Below are positions 9,032 to 18,508 of a stretch of DNA of 25,722 nt, one piece after another (the stretch's first letter is position 1; each line of letters starts with the position of its first letter). The stretch comes from a virus (Duplodnaviria > Caudoviricetes): positions 1 through 25,722 of the IMG/VR virus record IMGVR_UViG_3300005764_000076; one strand, 5' to 3'. The notes under the pieces were generated by a model that saw only the letters and a program-made list of their open reading frames with translations, was not told the origin of the DNA and searched no databases. A program made the position numbers and the translations under genes.

Positions 9032-9902
9032 CCGCCTCGCCTTTCTTGAGGGAATTCTCGATTGCCTCGATCATCCGCGCCATGGCGAAATAATCGCCTT
9101 CCTCTACATCCCACGTCTTGCCTAGCGCGGAATAGCGGTCTTTAGCCCACCATGGTGGACGTGGCTGGCAAAGGGCTCGCCTTATTACATCGCCAGTCAT
9201 ATCCCGCGATTCCCGCGCTACCGCGTAGTATATACCTACGGAGAATTGAGAGGAAATGGCGTCTGATATCTCGCCTTTCTTACCGAGTAGCAGCGGGATG
9301 ATCCGTTCCTCGCCTTCCGCGTCATCGGCGGTCATTGATGTTGTAATGAATATCGTGTTAGCCGGCATGGCGATAATCCGGCTAGCCCACCGCTTGAAAC
9401 CGTTCTGATACTTCTGGTGGTTCTGGACGGCCGGAATGTCTAGGTCACGAGCCGGATTGATCCGGTTCTCCGTCGCCAGGATCCAGCGCATGTACATTTC
9501 CTGCATAACCGTGCCGGAATCGATAACGAGCCAGTCCCCGTGAACCAGGTTCATTTCAGCCCACGTAACGACCTTTACGGCATGCGGCCAGCTCTCGCAG
9601 CGGATAAGCTCTGCCTGAGAGCCGACTGAGCGAGGGCTCGCAATTCCCTCGACCTCCGTCGAAAGGAAGACAACCCTACGGTCGCCGTTCGCGGCTCCGC
9701 CAGCGAGCATTGTCTTGCCGTGCCCGGACGGCCCGTGAAGAATGATGTTGATCGGGGCATTAGTGTGAGAAGTCGCGAGATCCTCGATCACGATCTCAAC
9801 ATCTTCCTCGACCATCGCGGCCGGAGCTTCCTTGATCTGCTTAGCAGTCTGGCGCGCGGCACGCGCTTTTGTTCCCCTGAGTGGTCTCGCTGCTGGTGGC
9901 AT
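8889..9902 (-). CDS. AAA-family ATPase (AAA_24/Sak4-like recombination protein)
   Basis: Walker A HGPSGHGKT, Walker B LVIDS, WAKDR motif; sits between the Cas4-like nuclease and SSB. Confidence 0.85.
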   Translation of the reverse strand: MPPAARPLRGTKARAARQTAKQIKEAPAAMVEEDVEIVIEDLATSHTNAPINIILHGPSGHGKTMLAGGAANGDRRVVFLSTEVEGIASPRSVGSQAELIRCESWPHAVKVVTWAEMNLVHGDWLVIDSGTVMQEMYMRWILATENRINPARDLDIPAVQNHQKYQNGFKRWASRIIAMPANTIFITTSMTADDAEGEERIIPLLLGKKGEISDAISSQFSVGIYYAVARESRDMTGDVIRRALCQPRPPWWAKDRYSALGKTWDVEEGDYFAMARMIEAIENSLKKGEAGVTENTGAGRRMASRSVRSDGRVATQARRQASRSTPVRQQGRARGRS

Positions 9903-10879
9903 TATGCTGACTTCCTCATATCCTCGTATGGATCGATCTGGACGTAATTGCCCTTTAGCACCGACTTATAGGAATCGGAACCGTGCTCGTGAAGGACGCA
10001 TGGCCCCCAGAACGGGCAGCGCGGGCAGTCCTTTGTAGGCGTCTTGGTTGCCGGGATGGTACCGTCACGGACGGCATTCATGACCGCTACCTCATCCGAG
10101 ATCCGCTCCAGCTGAGTCTTCTGCTCGCCTCGCGTACGGTAGACCGGATCTGGGCGCACGAACATTGGCGGTGGCTGTTTCTTTGATACGGAGCCGTCCT
10201 TGTTAAGGCACAGGCCCTGCTCGTTACGCGGCCTCTCGTCAGGCATCGCCTTCCGGAGGAAGTTGTAAATGATGCCAGCGATTTCCTCGCCTTCCTTTAG
10301 GACTCCCTTGGCGCGGAGTACCTGAGAGGCAACGGCCCAGTATGAGCCGCCTTGATCGTCAAGCTCAAGATAAGCCGTTACGATCTGGGCGGCTGTCTTA
10401 TGCTCGACTAGGTATATCCGGCCATCCGCGAGATTCCGCAGGACACCATCCCACCGCGAACGGAATACAGCAACAGCCTTCCCGTTCCGGTTAATCCGGA
10501 CGCTGAAAGGCTGCTCGACTGATATGATATGCCATTGAGGATCACGGCCATAGAAATCGACGTACTCCTCAAGCATCGCCTCGCCTAGCTCACTCGCATC
10601 CTCCCATACGCCGGAGTCGTACGTCTCATCAAGGTACGTCTTCGCATAGGCAACCTCATCGCCTACCCACTTATGCCAGGTATCGGCCGGATGGGGACCT
10701 CTCCGCTTCCCGCGTAGATACCACTTCGCTAGGGCCTCGTGAATCCCGATACCGAACCAGAGCGCATCCGCCTGGACGTGGCGCGGCCGGTAGCCATAGC
10801 GGTACTCCTGGAGCCAGCGCCACGCACATCGCTTGAACGTCGCGCGCTCTGACGTCCGGAGAATAGGGACCTCAGCCAT
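9902..10879 (-). CDS. Cas4/RecB-like PD-(D/E)XK exonuclease
   Basis: S..TFKRC, FGIGIHEAL, VEQPF, RWDG..YLVEHKTA, Q..Y, C-terminal CPRCPFWGPC. Confidence 0.88.
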   Translation of the reverse strand: MAEVPILRTSERATFKRCAWRWLQEYRYGYRPRHVQADALWFGIGIHEALAKWYLRGKRRGPHPADTWHKWVGDEVAYAKTYLDETYDSGVWEDASELGEAMLEEYVDFYGRDPQWHIISVEQPFSVRINRNGKAVAVFRSRWDGVLRNLADGRIYLVEHKTAAQIVTAYLELDDQGGSYWAVASQVLRAKGVLKEGEEIAGIIYNFLRKAMPDERPRNEQGLCLNKDGSVSKKQPPPMFVRPDPVYRTRGEQKTQLERISDEVAVMNAVRDGTIPATKTPTKDCPRCPFWGPCVLHEHGSDSYKSVLKGNYVQIDPYEDMRKSA

Positions 10880-11023
10880 CGCCTCGCCTTCCGCTTACCT
10901 TGCCTTTACCCTCAGGGCTCCGTCCGGGAGCCGGGGCCATTTAAGCCACCGGACGGAACGCTCAGGATACCCCATAATGGGGCCAGGCCCGGCCACTGAC
11001 GGGACAGCAACCGGGCCTGGGTC

Positions 11024-11437
11024 CTAGTAGGGATCGGCTCCACCGGCACCGGCAGAAGCCGCCTGGCGGCCTCGCCCGCCACGCCGGCCAGCCGGAGCGG
11101 TACCGGCCTTGGCAGCGGGCTTGCCACGCCCACGGCCGCGAGCGGGAGCGGGAGCGGCAGGCTCCGGCTCCGGGGCCGGAGTCCGCGCCGCGCGCCGTGC
11201 CGTGCGCTGGGCGATGTTGAAGTCGGACTTCTGGAAGTGCGGGTAGAGGCTGGAGCCGAGCACCAGGAGCCGGTCGATGGGAACGTCTTCCAGCTTGGCC
11301 ACGTTGTCCTCGAACCAGGTGATGTAGTCGGTCATCGTGTCGGAGATGTCCTTGGTGAGATAGAGCTGGTAATCGACCTCACCATTCTGCGGCTCCGGAG
11401 CCGGAGCGGCCTGCCTGCGGCCTCGTGCTGGAGGCAT
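11024..11437 (-). CDS. hypothetical protein with small helical core and Arg/Ala/Pro-rich disordered ends
   Basis: Strong SD (GGGGAGG) before ATG 11437; the frame is also open up to ATG 11740, so the start is uncertain. Confidence 0.7.
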   Translation of the reverse strand: MPPARGRRQAAPAPEPQNGEVDYQLYLTKDISDTMTDYITWFEDNVAKLEDVPIDRLLVLGSSLYPHFQKSDFNIAQRTARRAARTPAPEPEPAAPAPARGRGRGKPAAKAGTAPAGRRGGRGRQAASAGAGGADPY

Positions 11438-11727
11438 TTTCCTCCCCATCCTTTCGTGTGTAACATTAGCCTTACTAGGAATATACCGCGCTGGGGCTGC
11501 TTTCGCTACCCTATTCCTATGCGTATTTCCGGTATGATCCTCCAGGCTAAACCGGGACAGCCCATGATACCGGACTGTTACGTATCCGTCATCAGTTTTC
11601 CATTCCTTTGACGGACGTTTCCTATCCCGCGCCGTAATGGGCAGGATGGTCTCACGGATAGCGGACTCCGCGAACCACTCACGGAGAGCCGCGATGATCT
11701 CCGGTACATTCGACCTCCGGGGAACGG

Positions 11728-12015
11728 CTACATCAGCCATGGCGCTCTCCCGGCAAGATAGGCAAGGGCATCCCCTTTAGGAAGCGTCCGGTTACGCATC
11801 CGGCGCATCATATCCTCGAAAGCGAGGCACCCATCCATCCGCCAGCACCCCTGCCATCCGGTACGGCTCTTGTACTGACGGAGCAGCTGGCGCATTCCGG
11901 GCAGGTTCTGCGCGTTAATGTTAAACTCGCCCGGGACGGGGGCCGTTTTGCGCGCCGCTGCCCGCTTTCCGGGAGCAGGCTCACCCGCACGCGCTGCCGC
12001 AGTATGCGCAATCAT
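11728..12015 (-). CDS. hypothetical protein (95 aa)
   Basis: ATGA overlap with 12012..12299. Confidence 0.5.
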   Translation of the reverse strand: MIAHTAAARAGEPAPGKRAAARKTAPVPGEFNINAQNLPGMRQLLRQYKSRTGWQGCWRMDGCLAFEDMMRRMRNRTLPKGDALAYLAGRAPWLM

Positions 12016-12091
12016 CGCACGGGCACGGGCACCGGCACTCGCAATACGGGCAGCGCCCGCCGAGGTGCAGCCAGTTCAATATGCGCCTCAT
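11981..12091 (-). CDS. nested Cys-rich peptide (36 aa), metallothionein-like composition
   Basis: AAGGAGGAG SD before ATG 12091; MRRILNWLHLGGRCPYCECRCPCPCDDCAYCGSACG. Confidence 0.45.
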   Translation of the reverse strand: MRRILNWLHLGGRCPYCECRCPCPCDDCAYCGSACG

Positions 12092-12299
12092 ACGCTCCTC
12101 CTTCCTTAGATCGCCGGCTTCCCGCCGCGTCCGCGATAGCCTCATACCAGAGGTTATCCTTAGCGCATTGATGGCATACAGATAGCCCCGTAGGATCGTA
12201 CGCAAAGCCATGCGCGCAGACCCGCGTATCGCCTGGATCGATATGACCGCGAATCCCGAACGGCTCGAACGGGCCGGAATCGTAATGGTTCATAGTCAT
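12012..12299 (-). CDS. hypothetical protein, possible zinc finger
   Basis: AAAGGAAG SD, ATGA overlap with the helicase stop; CAHG..CHQC. Confidence 0.55.
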   Translation of the reverse strand: MTMNHYDSGPFEPFGIRGHIDPGDTRVCAHGFAYDPTGLSVCHQCAKDNLWYEAIADAAGSRRSKEGGAYEAHIELAAPRRALPVLRVPVPVPVR

Positions 12300-14191
12300 G
12301 CCGCTTCCTTTCCTGCTATTGCTAGCTCCGAGAGCTTACGCGGACTCGACTTGGCGACTACCGCGCGCTGCTCGTCTGTTAGGGAGGCCATCCACTCATC
12401 GACAGTACCGACCGAAACAAGCCGGTAGACCGTAACCTGGTGAATCCGGGATACCCGGTGAATCCGGGAGATCAGCTGCTCATCCCAGTCGCTGATCCAT
12501 GGTAGATCGATCTCAACCATCTCATCGGCCGCATCGAGGGTAATCGACTCGCCTCCGGCCTTCCGGTTGATAATGACTACCCGAAGCGAGTCATTTGGGT
12601 CCTGGAACCGCTCGACAAGCTCAAGCCGCTTCCGGTCGGAAGTCGCGCCGGTCAGGGTCAGGACCTCCACGTCGCATTCCTTCCGGAGGACATCCGCAAC
12701 TAGCTCAACAATCTCGCTGAACTCGCTCGCGATCACAACCTTGGCCCCGGTGTCCTCGCGCTCCTGAATGAATTCGGTGATCCATTCGATCTTGTTGGAC
12801 GGGAGAGCCGGGATGACTGAACGTCCCTCTCCGAGACGGCCGGAGGCGTTGGCGAACTGCCGGAGGCGGGTGATCTCCGCGAGTACCCCGGTAGCCGTTA
12901 TCTTCCCGCCCTCAAGGTGGGCCTCCGCATCGGCCTCCATCTCCCAGTAGAGCTTGGCCTGCTCCGGATCCATTTCGAGCTGGACATAGCAAGGGCTCTC
13001 AGGGTCATCCGGATCGATAGGCGTTCCGGCGTAGGCGATGGGCGGGAGGTCCGGAGCTGCATCAGCCTTGGTCCGCTTCAGGTAATACGGCCGCAGCATC
13101 AGGTCCCAGATACCGGCATCGAGCGGCTCAAGGACCTTTGCCCCACCGCCGACAATCTTGCCGTACTTGCCATCCTCGACTCCGAAGTGGGTTTCCGCCC
13201 AGCGCCAGTACGAGCTGAACCGGTCGGGCCGGAGCCAGTTCAGAGTGCCCCAGCCTTTCTCGACCTTAGACCGGAACGGAGTCCCACTCATCGCGATAGC
13301 GAGCCCGCCATCTACAAGCCGCTTCCGGAGCTGCATCGCGCCGAAACGCTGCTGCGTGATCCGCTTGCTCTGAACGTTCGCGGTAGAGGCGAGTAGGTTA
13401 TGCGACTCGTCGAAAATGATCGCGTCCCACTCCTGCTCGGTAAGGAACGGCCACTGCGGCTCCGCATGAATAACGGCCTTCCCGTTCGCGCCTACCGTCT
13501 CGACCCGCTTTGCCCGGACCATCTCGATGTTGATAATAAGCATCTTCGGGCCGTCGCACACCATGTAGTCATACATAACGGCTAGCCGCTCCGTCCGCGA
13601 GCCCTGGGCCACGAACGTCTTAATGCCAGGAGCCCACCGGGCCGTCTCCCGCTCCCACACCGCACGGGTAGCGGTACGCCGGCAGGCCACGAGGATTCGC
13701 TGCGAGCCGGATTGGATAAGAGCAGCTAGGCCCTGAAGCGTCTTGCCCAGGCCTGGGTCATCGCCCAAGATGACGTTCCGGCCGGCAAGGATGAAGCCGG
13801 TACCACTAATCTGGTACCGGCGATTCTGAAGAGCGGCATAGAGAGCCGGAGCCTCAAGCTCCACGCGAGACAAGTCAACGCCGGTGATCGCTTCCTCGCG
13901 GAGCGTTTCTAGGCTCCGCTCACGGCTGACCTCCGTCTGGGCCCAGTGCGCGAGGGCGGGCATTACGGTCAGGCCATCGCCAAACACGCTCCGGAAGGCC
14001 CGGCACGTATCCATCGAGAGCGGGTAGACCCAGCCCTTGAACACATTCGGCGTGACCGTCTTGTCCCAGTCCGCGCGGGCTCCGGGCACCCTCCGCGCCC
14101 ACTTCGGGCCGGAGCCGTTCGCATAGTCGATACGCGCCAGGATCTTCCGGCCGTCCGTCGTAATCGCTGCCTTCATCGTCGCCTTCCCCAT
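12296..14191 (-). CDS. SNF2-family DNA helicase
   Basis: LGDDPGLGKT, IIFDESH, MSGTP, LRQFAN, KVVIAS, AGGESITL, QLISRIHRVS; alternative start at 14176. Confidence 0.92.
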   Translation of the reverse strand: MGKATMKAAITTDGRKILARIDYANGSGPKWARRVPGARADWDKTVTPNVFKGWVYPLSMDTCRAFRSVFGDGLTVMPALAHWAQTEVSRERSLETLREEAITGVDLSRVELEAPALYAALQNRRYQISGTGFILAGRNVILGDDPGLGKTLQGLAALIQSGSQRILVACRRTATRAVWERETARWAPGIKTFVAQGSRTERLAVMYDYMVCDGPKMLIINIEMVRAKRVETVGANGKAVIHAEPQWPFLTEQEWDAIIFDESHNLLASTANVQSKRITQQRFGAMQLRKRLVDGGLAIAMSGTPFRSKVEKGWGTLNWLRPDRFSSYWRWAETHFGVEDGKYGKIVGGGAKVLEPLDAGIWDLMLRPYYLKRTKADAAPDLPPIAYAGTPIDPDDPESPCYVQLEMDPEQAKLYWEMEADAEAHLEGGKITATGVLAEITRLRQFANASGRLGEGRSVIPALPSNKIEWITEFIQEREDTGAKVVIASEFSEIVELVADVLRKECDVEVLTLTGATSDRKRLELVERFQDPNDSLRVVIINRKAGGESITLDAADEMVEIDLPWISDWDEQLISRIHRVSRIHQVTVYRLVSVGTVDEWMASLTDEQRAVVAKSSPRKLSELAIAGKEAA

Positions 14192-14209
14192 CGTCGCCTT
14201 ACGGCCCCA

Positions 14210-14238
14210 ATCCTACCCCAGCCTGCGCCGGAAGTCTA
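14210..14238 (-). promoter_or_regulatory. putative sigma70-type promoter for the helicase operon
   Basis: TAGACT-17 bp-TAGGAT, with GGGG immediately before the -10. Confidence 0.55.
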
Positions 14239-14295
14239 ATCGAGATGCAAGGCCCAGAGAGCGATTCTCCGGCTCCGGGCTCCGGAGCTACCGGC

Positions 14296-15138
14296 CTAGG
14301 CCCGTAATGCGCTCCTGGAGCCGCTCTGCGCCGTTCCTGGGCCGGTTCCGGCCCATCGGCCTCCGTGGATCGCAGAACGCTCGCGCCAGTCCGGGATGTA
14401 GTCATCGAGCATCTTCTGCCATGCCATCCGGAGCCGCTTATCCGGAGGATTCGTGTAGATGGGCCAGCGCTTGTGGATCAGCTCCAGGCACTCCCATTCC
14501 GCCTGGGTACGATCCTCCGGCTCCCGGAACCGCGTGTTGATCCCTCCGGGAGCATAGCGGGCTCCGATCGTAGCGCACTCGACGTCGCAATGGACCAGCC
14601 ACGGATAGCCGCGAGCTATCCCGTTCCGGGCAAGCTCCGCATCCTCTCCGGCCGTATGGAGCTTGCTATCGAAATTGCCTACCTCGATGGCCGCCCGGAC
14701 GTTAAGGCCAAATAGCTGGAATCCCCAGCCTCCGGGGCAGAGGATTACGCCGTGGTTCCGCGAGACGGCTCCACCGGTGAAGAAGTCGTGAATCGGCCGT
14801 ACGGCTCCGATTCCAAGGACACCGGGCCTCGCGGCCTCCGTAAGCAGGGGCCAGGCTTCCGTTGTCGGCCGCATATCATCATCACTCATGATGATGGATG
14901 GAAGCTGGGACTGGCTTGCATGGGATACGCAGAAACGCCTCGCGGCTCCGATCCCGCTTCCACGCGCCGCAAGGACCTGGACACGATCCCTCCAGCCCAT
15001 TTCCTCCCGGAGGTCCCGGTGCTGCGGGAATTCCGACCGGTCTACCACGAGACGTACCTGAATGCCCTGCGCGAGCCAGGCCGGTACGATCCGCTTCAGA
15101 TTGTCGTATCGGCCCATAGTCGGAATGTAGACGGTCAC
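14296..15138 (-). CDS. GT-A glycosyltransferase, TET-associated (TAGT/GREB1-like) type
   Basis: VYIPTMGR, GIGAARRF, IIMSDDD (DxD), GED.EL and GG motifs characteristic of phage TAGT-like enzymes. Confidence 0.78.
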   Translation of the reverse strand: MTVYIPTMGRYDNLKRIVPAWLAQGIQVRLVVDRSEFPQHRDLREEMGWRDRVQVLAARGSGIGAARRFCVSHASQSQLPSIIMSDDDMRPTTEAWPLLTEAARPGVLGIGAVRPIHDFFTGGAVSRNHGVILCPGGWGFQLFGLNVRAAIEVGNFDSKLHTAGEDAELARNGIARGYPWLVHCDVECATIGARYAPGGINTRFREPEDRTQAEWECLELIHKRWPIYTNPPDKRLRMAWQKMLDDYIPDWRERSAIHGGRWAGTGPGTAQSGSRSALRA

Positions 15139-15296
15139 GGCTTCCGCCAGGCTTTCTTAGTCCAGCGCTCTACCGGGAAGCCCGGATAGTTCACGACCAT
15201 GATCGATGTCGGAAGGACGATAAGCCGCTTGGCGTCGCCTCCTGCGGCCGTGAGAGCGACCTCGCGCGTGCCATCGTTTACGATTTTGCCTTTCAT
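15135..15296 (-). CDS. hypothetical protein (53 aa)
   Basis: AGGAGG SD; MKGKIVNDGTREVALTAAGGDAKRL...; GTGA overlap with the glycosyltransferase; not in the ORF track. Confidence 0.65.
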   Translation of the reverse strand: MKGKIVNDGTREVALTAAGGDAKRLIVLPTSIMVVNYPGFPVERWTKKAWRKP

Positions 15297-15313
15297 TGTT
15301 CCTCCTGTGTAGT

Positions 15314-15340
15314 GGACCGGGCTCTACCGGAGCCCGGTCC
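15314..15340. terminator. intergenic hairpin
   Basis: GGACCGGGCTC-5 nt-GAGCCCGGTCC, perfect 11-bp stem, no U tract. Confidence 0.5.
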
Positions 15341-15348
15341 CGTTCTGC

Positions 15349-15456
15349 TTACTGCCCGTCGCGCCAGGAATCGGCCTGTGAATCCCGGAGCATCTTTGCC
15401 TCCCAGCTATCCGCGCTAGTCGGGCCTGCACCGTTCGGGTTGCCTTTCCGGTTCAT
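15349..15456 (-). CDS. small hypothetical protein (35 aa)
   Basis: GGAGGTG SD; MNRKGNPNGAGPTSADSWEAKMLRDSQADSWRDGQ. Confidence 0.5.
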   Translation of the reverse strand: MNRKGNPNGAGPTSADSWEAKMLRDSQADSWRDGQ

Positions 15457-15465
15457 GTCACCTCC

Positions 15466-16239
15466 CTAGTCAAGTCGCATACGCTGGAATGCGTACCGGA
15501 GGACATCATCCCGCTCGACTTCCTCCACGAACAGAATGGACTGGACGGTCACGCCAGCCGTCCCGCAGTACCGGCCGGAGTGCGTACGATCCGGACCACG
15601 GCCGCTGAACTGAAGGACGCTACTAGGATGTACTGCCTCCCGATACTGAAGCCCCATGAAGGCCATGCGCGAATAGCGCGGCTTCCGCTCCACGCCAGGA
15701 ACCATGGTCGTGATCCGGTACTCACGGCCTTCCACGAGCGTAAACACGGCCTTGCCTCGCCGGAACTGAATCACCTTCCGGGAAGGCGGGAGGCTACACT
15801 GGCACTCCGGATCATCGCAAGATACCTCATCCAGGGAATGCGGAGCCCTATCGCCATTTGATGGCGGCTTATACCCGGAATGCCCGATTGTGGCCGGCTC
15901 CCGGTCCACGTAGTGGGTGTTATCGAACTTCCGGCCTCTGAGATCCTCATGGAGCTTAACCTCGTGGCCCTTAGCGAGCACGCACATGTTATTGACCGAA
16001 TAGGGCCAGACCTGGTAAAGGCACCGGACCATACGGTCGGCCGCGAGCGGCTCCCCATCTGTCAGGTAGGCAAGGAAGTCTCCGGTGAGTACCCTCACGG
16101 CCTTTGCGGAGACAGTATCGAGAAAGGCCATGGCCTGCTCATCCGTCATCCCGCGTGTCGTCCGGAGATACTGATAGAAGTCCCCCAGGATCTGCTCGTC
16201 ATCCGTGAGCTTGACTGTGTCATCGCTAATGCGTTCCAT
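15466..16239 (-). CDS. hypothetical protein (257 aa)
   Basis: Long ORF in operon orientation, preceded by AAAGGCGG. Confidence 0.7.
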   Translation of the reverse strand: MERISDDTVKLTDDEQILGDFYQYLRTTRGMTDEQAMAFLDTVSAKAVRVLTGDFLAYLTDGEPLAADRMVRCLYQVWPYSVNNMCVLAKGHEVKLHEDLRGRKFDNTHYVDREPATIGHSGYKPPSNGDRAPHSLDEVSCDDPECQCSLPPSRKVIQFRRGKAVFTLVEGREYRITTMVPGVERKPRYSRMAFMGLQYREAVHPSSVLQFSGRGPDRTHSGRYCGTAGVTVQSILFVEEVERDDVLRYAFQRMRLD

Positions 16240-16618
16240 TGCTTCCGCCTTTCGTCGTAACCGATTCTACTCCATCGAATTTGCCCCATATGCCGTTACG
16301 CGGAACCGGGGTACATTCCGGGCAGTACTCGCGGAAATGACCGCGCCTCTTGAGACGCCGTTCTAGGGCCTTCCCTCCGGGAGTGGTCCTTGCGACCGTG
16401 AACGCGATACCGCGCCGGTGAAACTCTGCTACGATCGGTACACCGCTCCGGCCGTTCGCGTGGTCCGTGAGACGGCTCTCGCTCCAGTACGATCCCACGT
16501 AGTGCTGCGCATACATCCTGGGACGCGAAAGGTCGCCTATCGGCTCCGCAAAATGGAGCAGATAGACGACCTTCGTCCGCGAGTCCCTAGGCACGCGCGC
16601 CCCAGCAATCCGGGCCAT
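16226..16618 (-). CDS. GIY-YIG-like nuclease; start uncertain (16594, 16618 or 16642)
   Basis: VVYLLHF..HYVG..RL..H..G..ALERRLK..CPEC. Confidence 0.65.
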   Translation of the reverse strand: MARIAGARVPRDSRTKVVYLLHFAEPIGDLSRPRMYAQHYVGSYWSESRLTDHANGRSGVPIVAEFHRRGIAFTVARTTPGGKALERRLKRRGHFREYCPECTPVPRNGIWGKFDGVESVTTKGGSNGTH

Positions 16619-17207
16619 AACCGCGCGAGCGGCTAAGCTCATCGGTGAGGTGCCGGTTACAGTTCCGGCAGGCCCCAAGCTCATCCGCGTACCGCATCCC
16701 ACAGACCTCGATACCCTCGAACAGGATCGCGGAGAGAGCCGCGTGCCGCGTGGCACCGCGCACCGGAGCCTCCGGCTTCCCGCCGATGACCCGCTTGACG
16801 AATATCCGCCCGGCCCACTTGCCCTCCGTGGGAGCGTCCACCCGCCAGAAATCGTAGTCGTCGTTGCCGGTAAGGCTCGCCGTCGCGTAGTGGCCGGCCG
16901 GGATTCCCTTGAAGTCTTCCCGGAAGCTCACGGCCGGAGCCGGAGTAGCCGGAACCTCAGAGCACTGACCATCGAGGTGGAACACGTCCCACTTCCCGCT
17001 CGCGTTCCGCTCGATACGGCCTTCCTGCTCACCCACGTAGTGCCCGCACTTCACGCAGTTCCCGCCGAACTTGTTCGACCGGACGGTCACCATCGTCGCC
17101 GGAGGGTTCAGGACCATCGTGCTCGGGAGCAGCTGCTCCACCGCGTAGCACTCGCGGACTTCCGCAACAGTCTCGTGCTCGTGGCCCTTCCCACATCGGA
17201 TCGCCAT
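16587..17207 (-). CDS. phage protein with C-terminal DUF6011-like zinc motif
   Basis: Start moved to MAIRCGK (17207); CRNCNRHLTDELSRSRGYGPDCW; IPAGHYA..FWRV..GKWAGRIFV. Confidence 0.75.
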   Translation of the reverse strand: MAIRCGKGHEHETVAEVRECYAVEQLLPSTMVLNPPATMVTVRSNKFGGNCVKCGHYVGEQEGRIERNASGKWDVFHLDGQCSEVPATPAPAVSFREDFKGIPAGHYATASLTGNDDYDFWRVDAPTEGKWAGRIFVKRVIGGKPEAPVRGATRHAALSAILFEGIEVCGMRYADELGACRNCNRHLTDELSRSRGYGPDCWGARA

Positions 17208-17257
17208 TTTCTCGCCTTTCGCCTTCCGCCGGATCTTCTCTCCGGCCGCTTGGTACA

Positions 17258-17287
17258 AGCTTACCCCATGCAAGCCCTTGCGCGCTA
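17258..17287 (-). promoter_or_regulatory. putative promoter
   Basis: TAGCGC-18 bp-TAAGCT with TGGGG before the -10, same style as the other promoters. Confidence 0.4.
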
Positions 17288-17533
17288 CTCCGGCCCGGAA
17301 ATTTCCCTGCGACTTTTGCGCAGTCGCCGCATCTGCTCCGCTTCCCGCTCGCGCCTCTGGCAGTACCGGTACCCCAGGGCTCCGAGAGAGGCCGCAGAAC
17401 AGACGGCCTTCCCGTAGAGCCCAAGCGTATGCCATTCCCAGGCATGAGGCTGGAACGGGAGCAGTACGGTTAGCGTGAGTATGACCAGCCCTACCAGGAC
17501 CACCCATACCCGCGCAAGCGTCCGCAGCCTCAT
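17285..17533 (-). CDS. membrane protein with two predicted TM segments
   Basis: VWVVLVGLVILTLTVLL and AVCSAASLGALGY; ATGA overlap. Confidence 0.65.
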   Translation of the reverse strand: MRLRTLARVWVVLVGLVILTLTVLLPFQPHAWEWHTLGLYGKAVCSAASLGALGYRYCQRREREAEQMRRLRKSRREISGPE

Positions 17534-18495
17534 GACAGGGCCTGCCGGGGAGACTGGCCGGCCTCCGGCTGAAGGCTAGCGGTGTTCGCGTGGTTGATTC
17601 CGCGCTCGTACGCGGCCTGGTTATAGGTCACGCGCTTTGCGCTACTCCGGCTAAGGTCCGGATGCTCCGAAGCGACCATGGCCGCAATGTTCTGGGTCTT
17701 GTCGGCTAGGACTAGCTCCGTACCGGCTCCGCGCTCTCCCGCGAGCCTGCGCAGGCGGATGTCGATACGAGTGAGGTATCCCTGCGCCGCGTTACGCCGG
17801 AAGGTCCCGGAGCCCGATGGCGGAATCCTGAACGGCTTCTCTCCGCGCGCCTTGATCTCTGCGGCGTAAGCTGACTTGATCCGGCCGATGCTCTTGGCCC
17901 AGGAGACCCGCTCATCCGGGTTGCTCCTGTTTACGTACATGTACCGCGCCTCGCCTGGTTGGCTCTTGACCTCGCGCCATCCGTAGGCTTTCGCGATATC
18001 GAACCAGTTCAGGCCCGCGTTGTGAAGCTCGTAAGCGTTCTGGCCTAGGGTCTTGAGTGGGTCCGGTGACGGGAAGATCGCGCCACTCATGTGAAGGTAG
18101 AGCGAAGTATACAGAAGCTCGAAATACCGGAGATCCGAATCATACCCGTACACCCAGCAGTATTCCTGCCTCCCGGTCGGCCGGTAGCCGGAGCCCAGAA
18201 TCCAGATTGACTTGCACTTACAGAATGTAGCCACGACGTTCACGAGAGTCGCGGCCTCCGAGAGGAACGGGTCGCCTTCCTCTCCGATGTCGATCTTGAT
18301 CCGCGTGGGCTTCTGCGTCGCCGGAGCCTGCCGGAGGATCTGCCATTCCTCAACGGCATACTTCTGCATCATCCGGTCAGCCGCAGCGCGGCACACGTCC
18401 GCCTCGTGCATGCTGTTCTCATCGCCCGCAGACTCCAGGCTCTCCGCTTTCGCGATAAGCCCACGGACCTTATCGAGTACGCCTGCCAGTTCCAT
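17530..18495 (-). CDS. DUF2786-like domain protein
   Basis: N-terminal LDKVRGLIAKAES..EA..A..MMQKY; later VYGYDSD and AYERG. Confidence 0.75.
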   Translation of the reverse strand: MELAGVLDKVRGLIAKAESLESAGDENSMHEADVCRAAADRMMQKYAVEEWQILRQAPATQKPTRIKIDIGEEGDPFLSEAATLVNVVATFCKCKSIWILGSGYRPTGRQEYCWVYGYDSDLRYFELLYTSLYLHMSGAIFPSPDPLKTLGQNAYELHNAGLNWFDIAKAYGWREVKSQPGEARYMYVNRSNPDERVSWAKSIGRIKSAYAAEIKARGEKPFRIPPSGSGTFRRNAAQGYLTRIDIRLRRLAGERGAGTELVLADKTQNIAAMVASEHPDLSRSSAKRVTYNQAAYERGINHANTASLQPEAGQSPRQALS

Positions 18496-18508
18496 GTCGC
18501 CTTCCGCC

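Noticed and set aside
17208-17507. N-terminal extension of the 306-aa ORF (likewise the long starts given for 4931..5497, 3886..4281, 2444..2911 and 7915..8289)
   Set aside because: Extensions overlap upstream genes or promoters; internal starts have clear initiation signals
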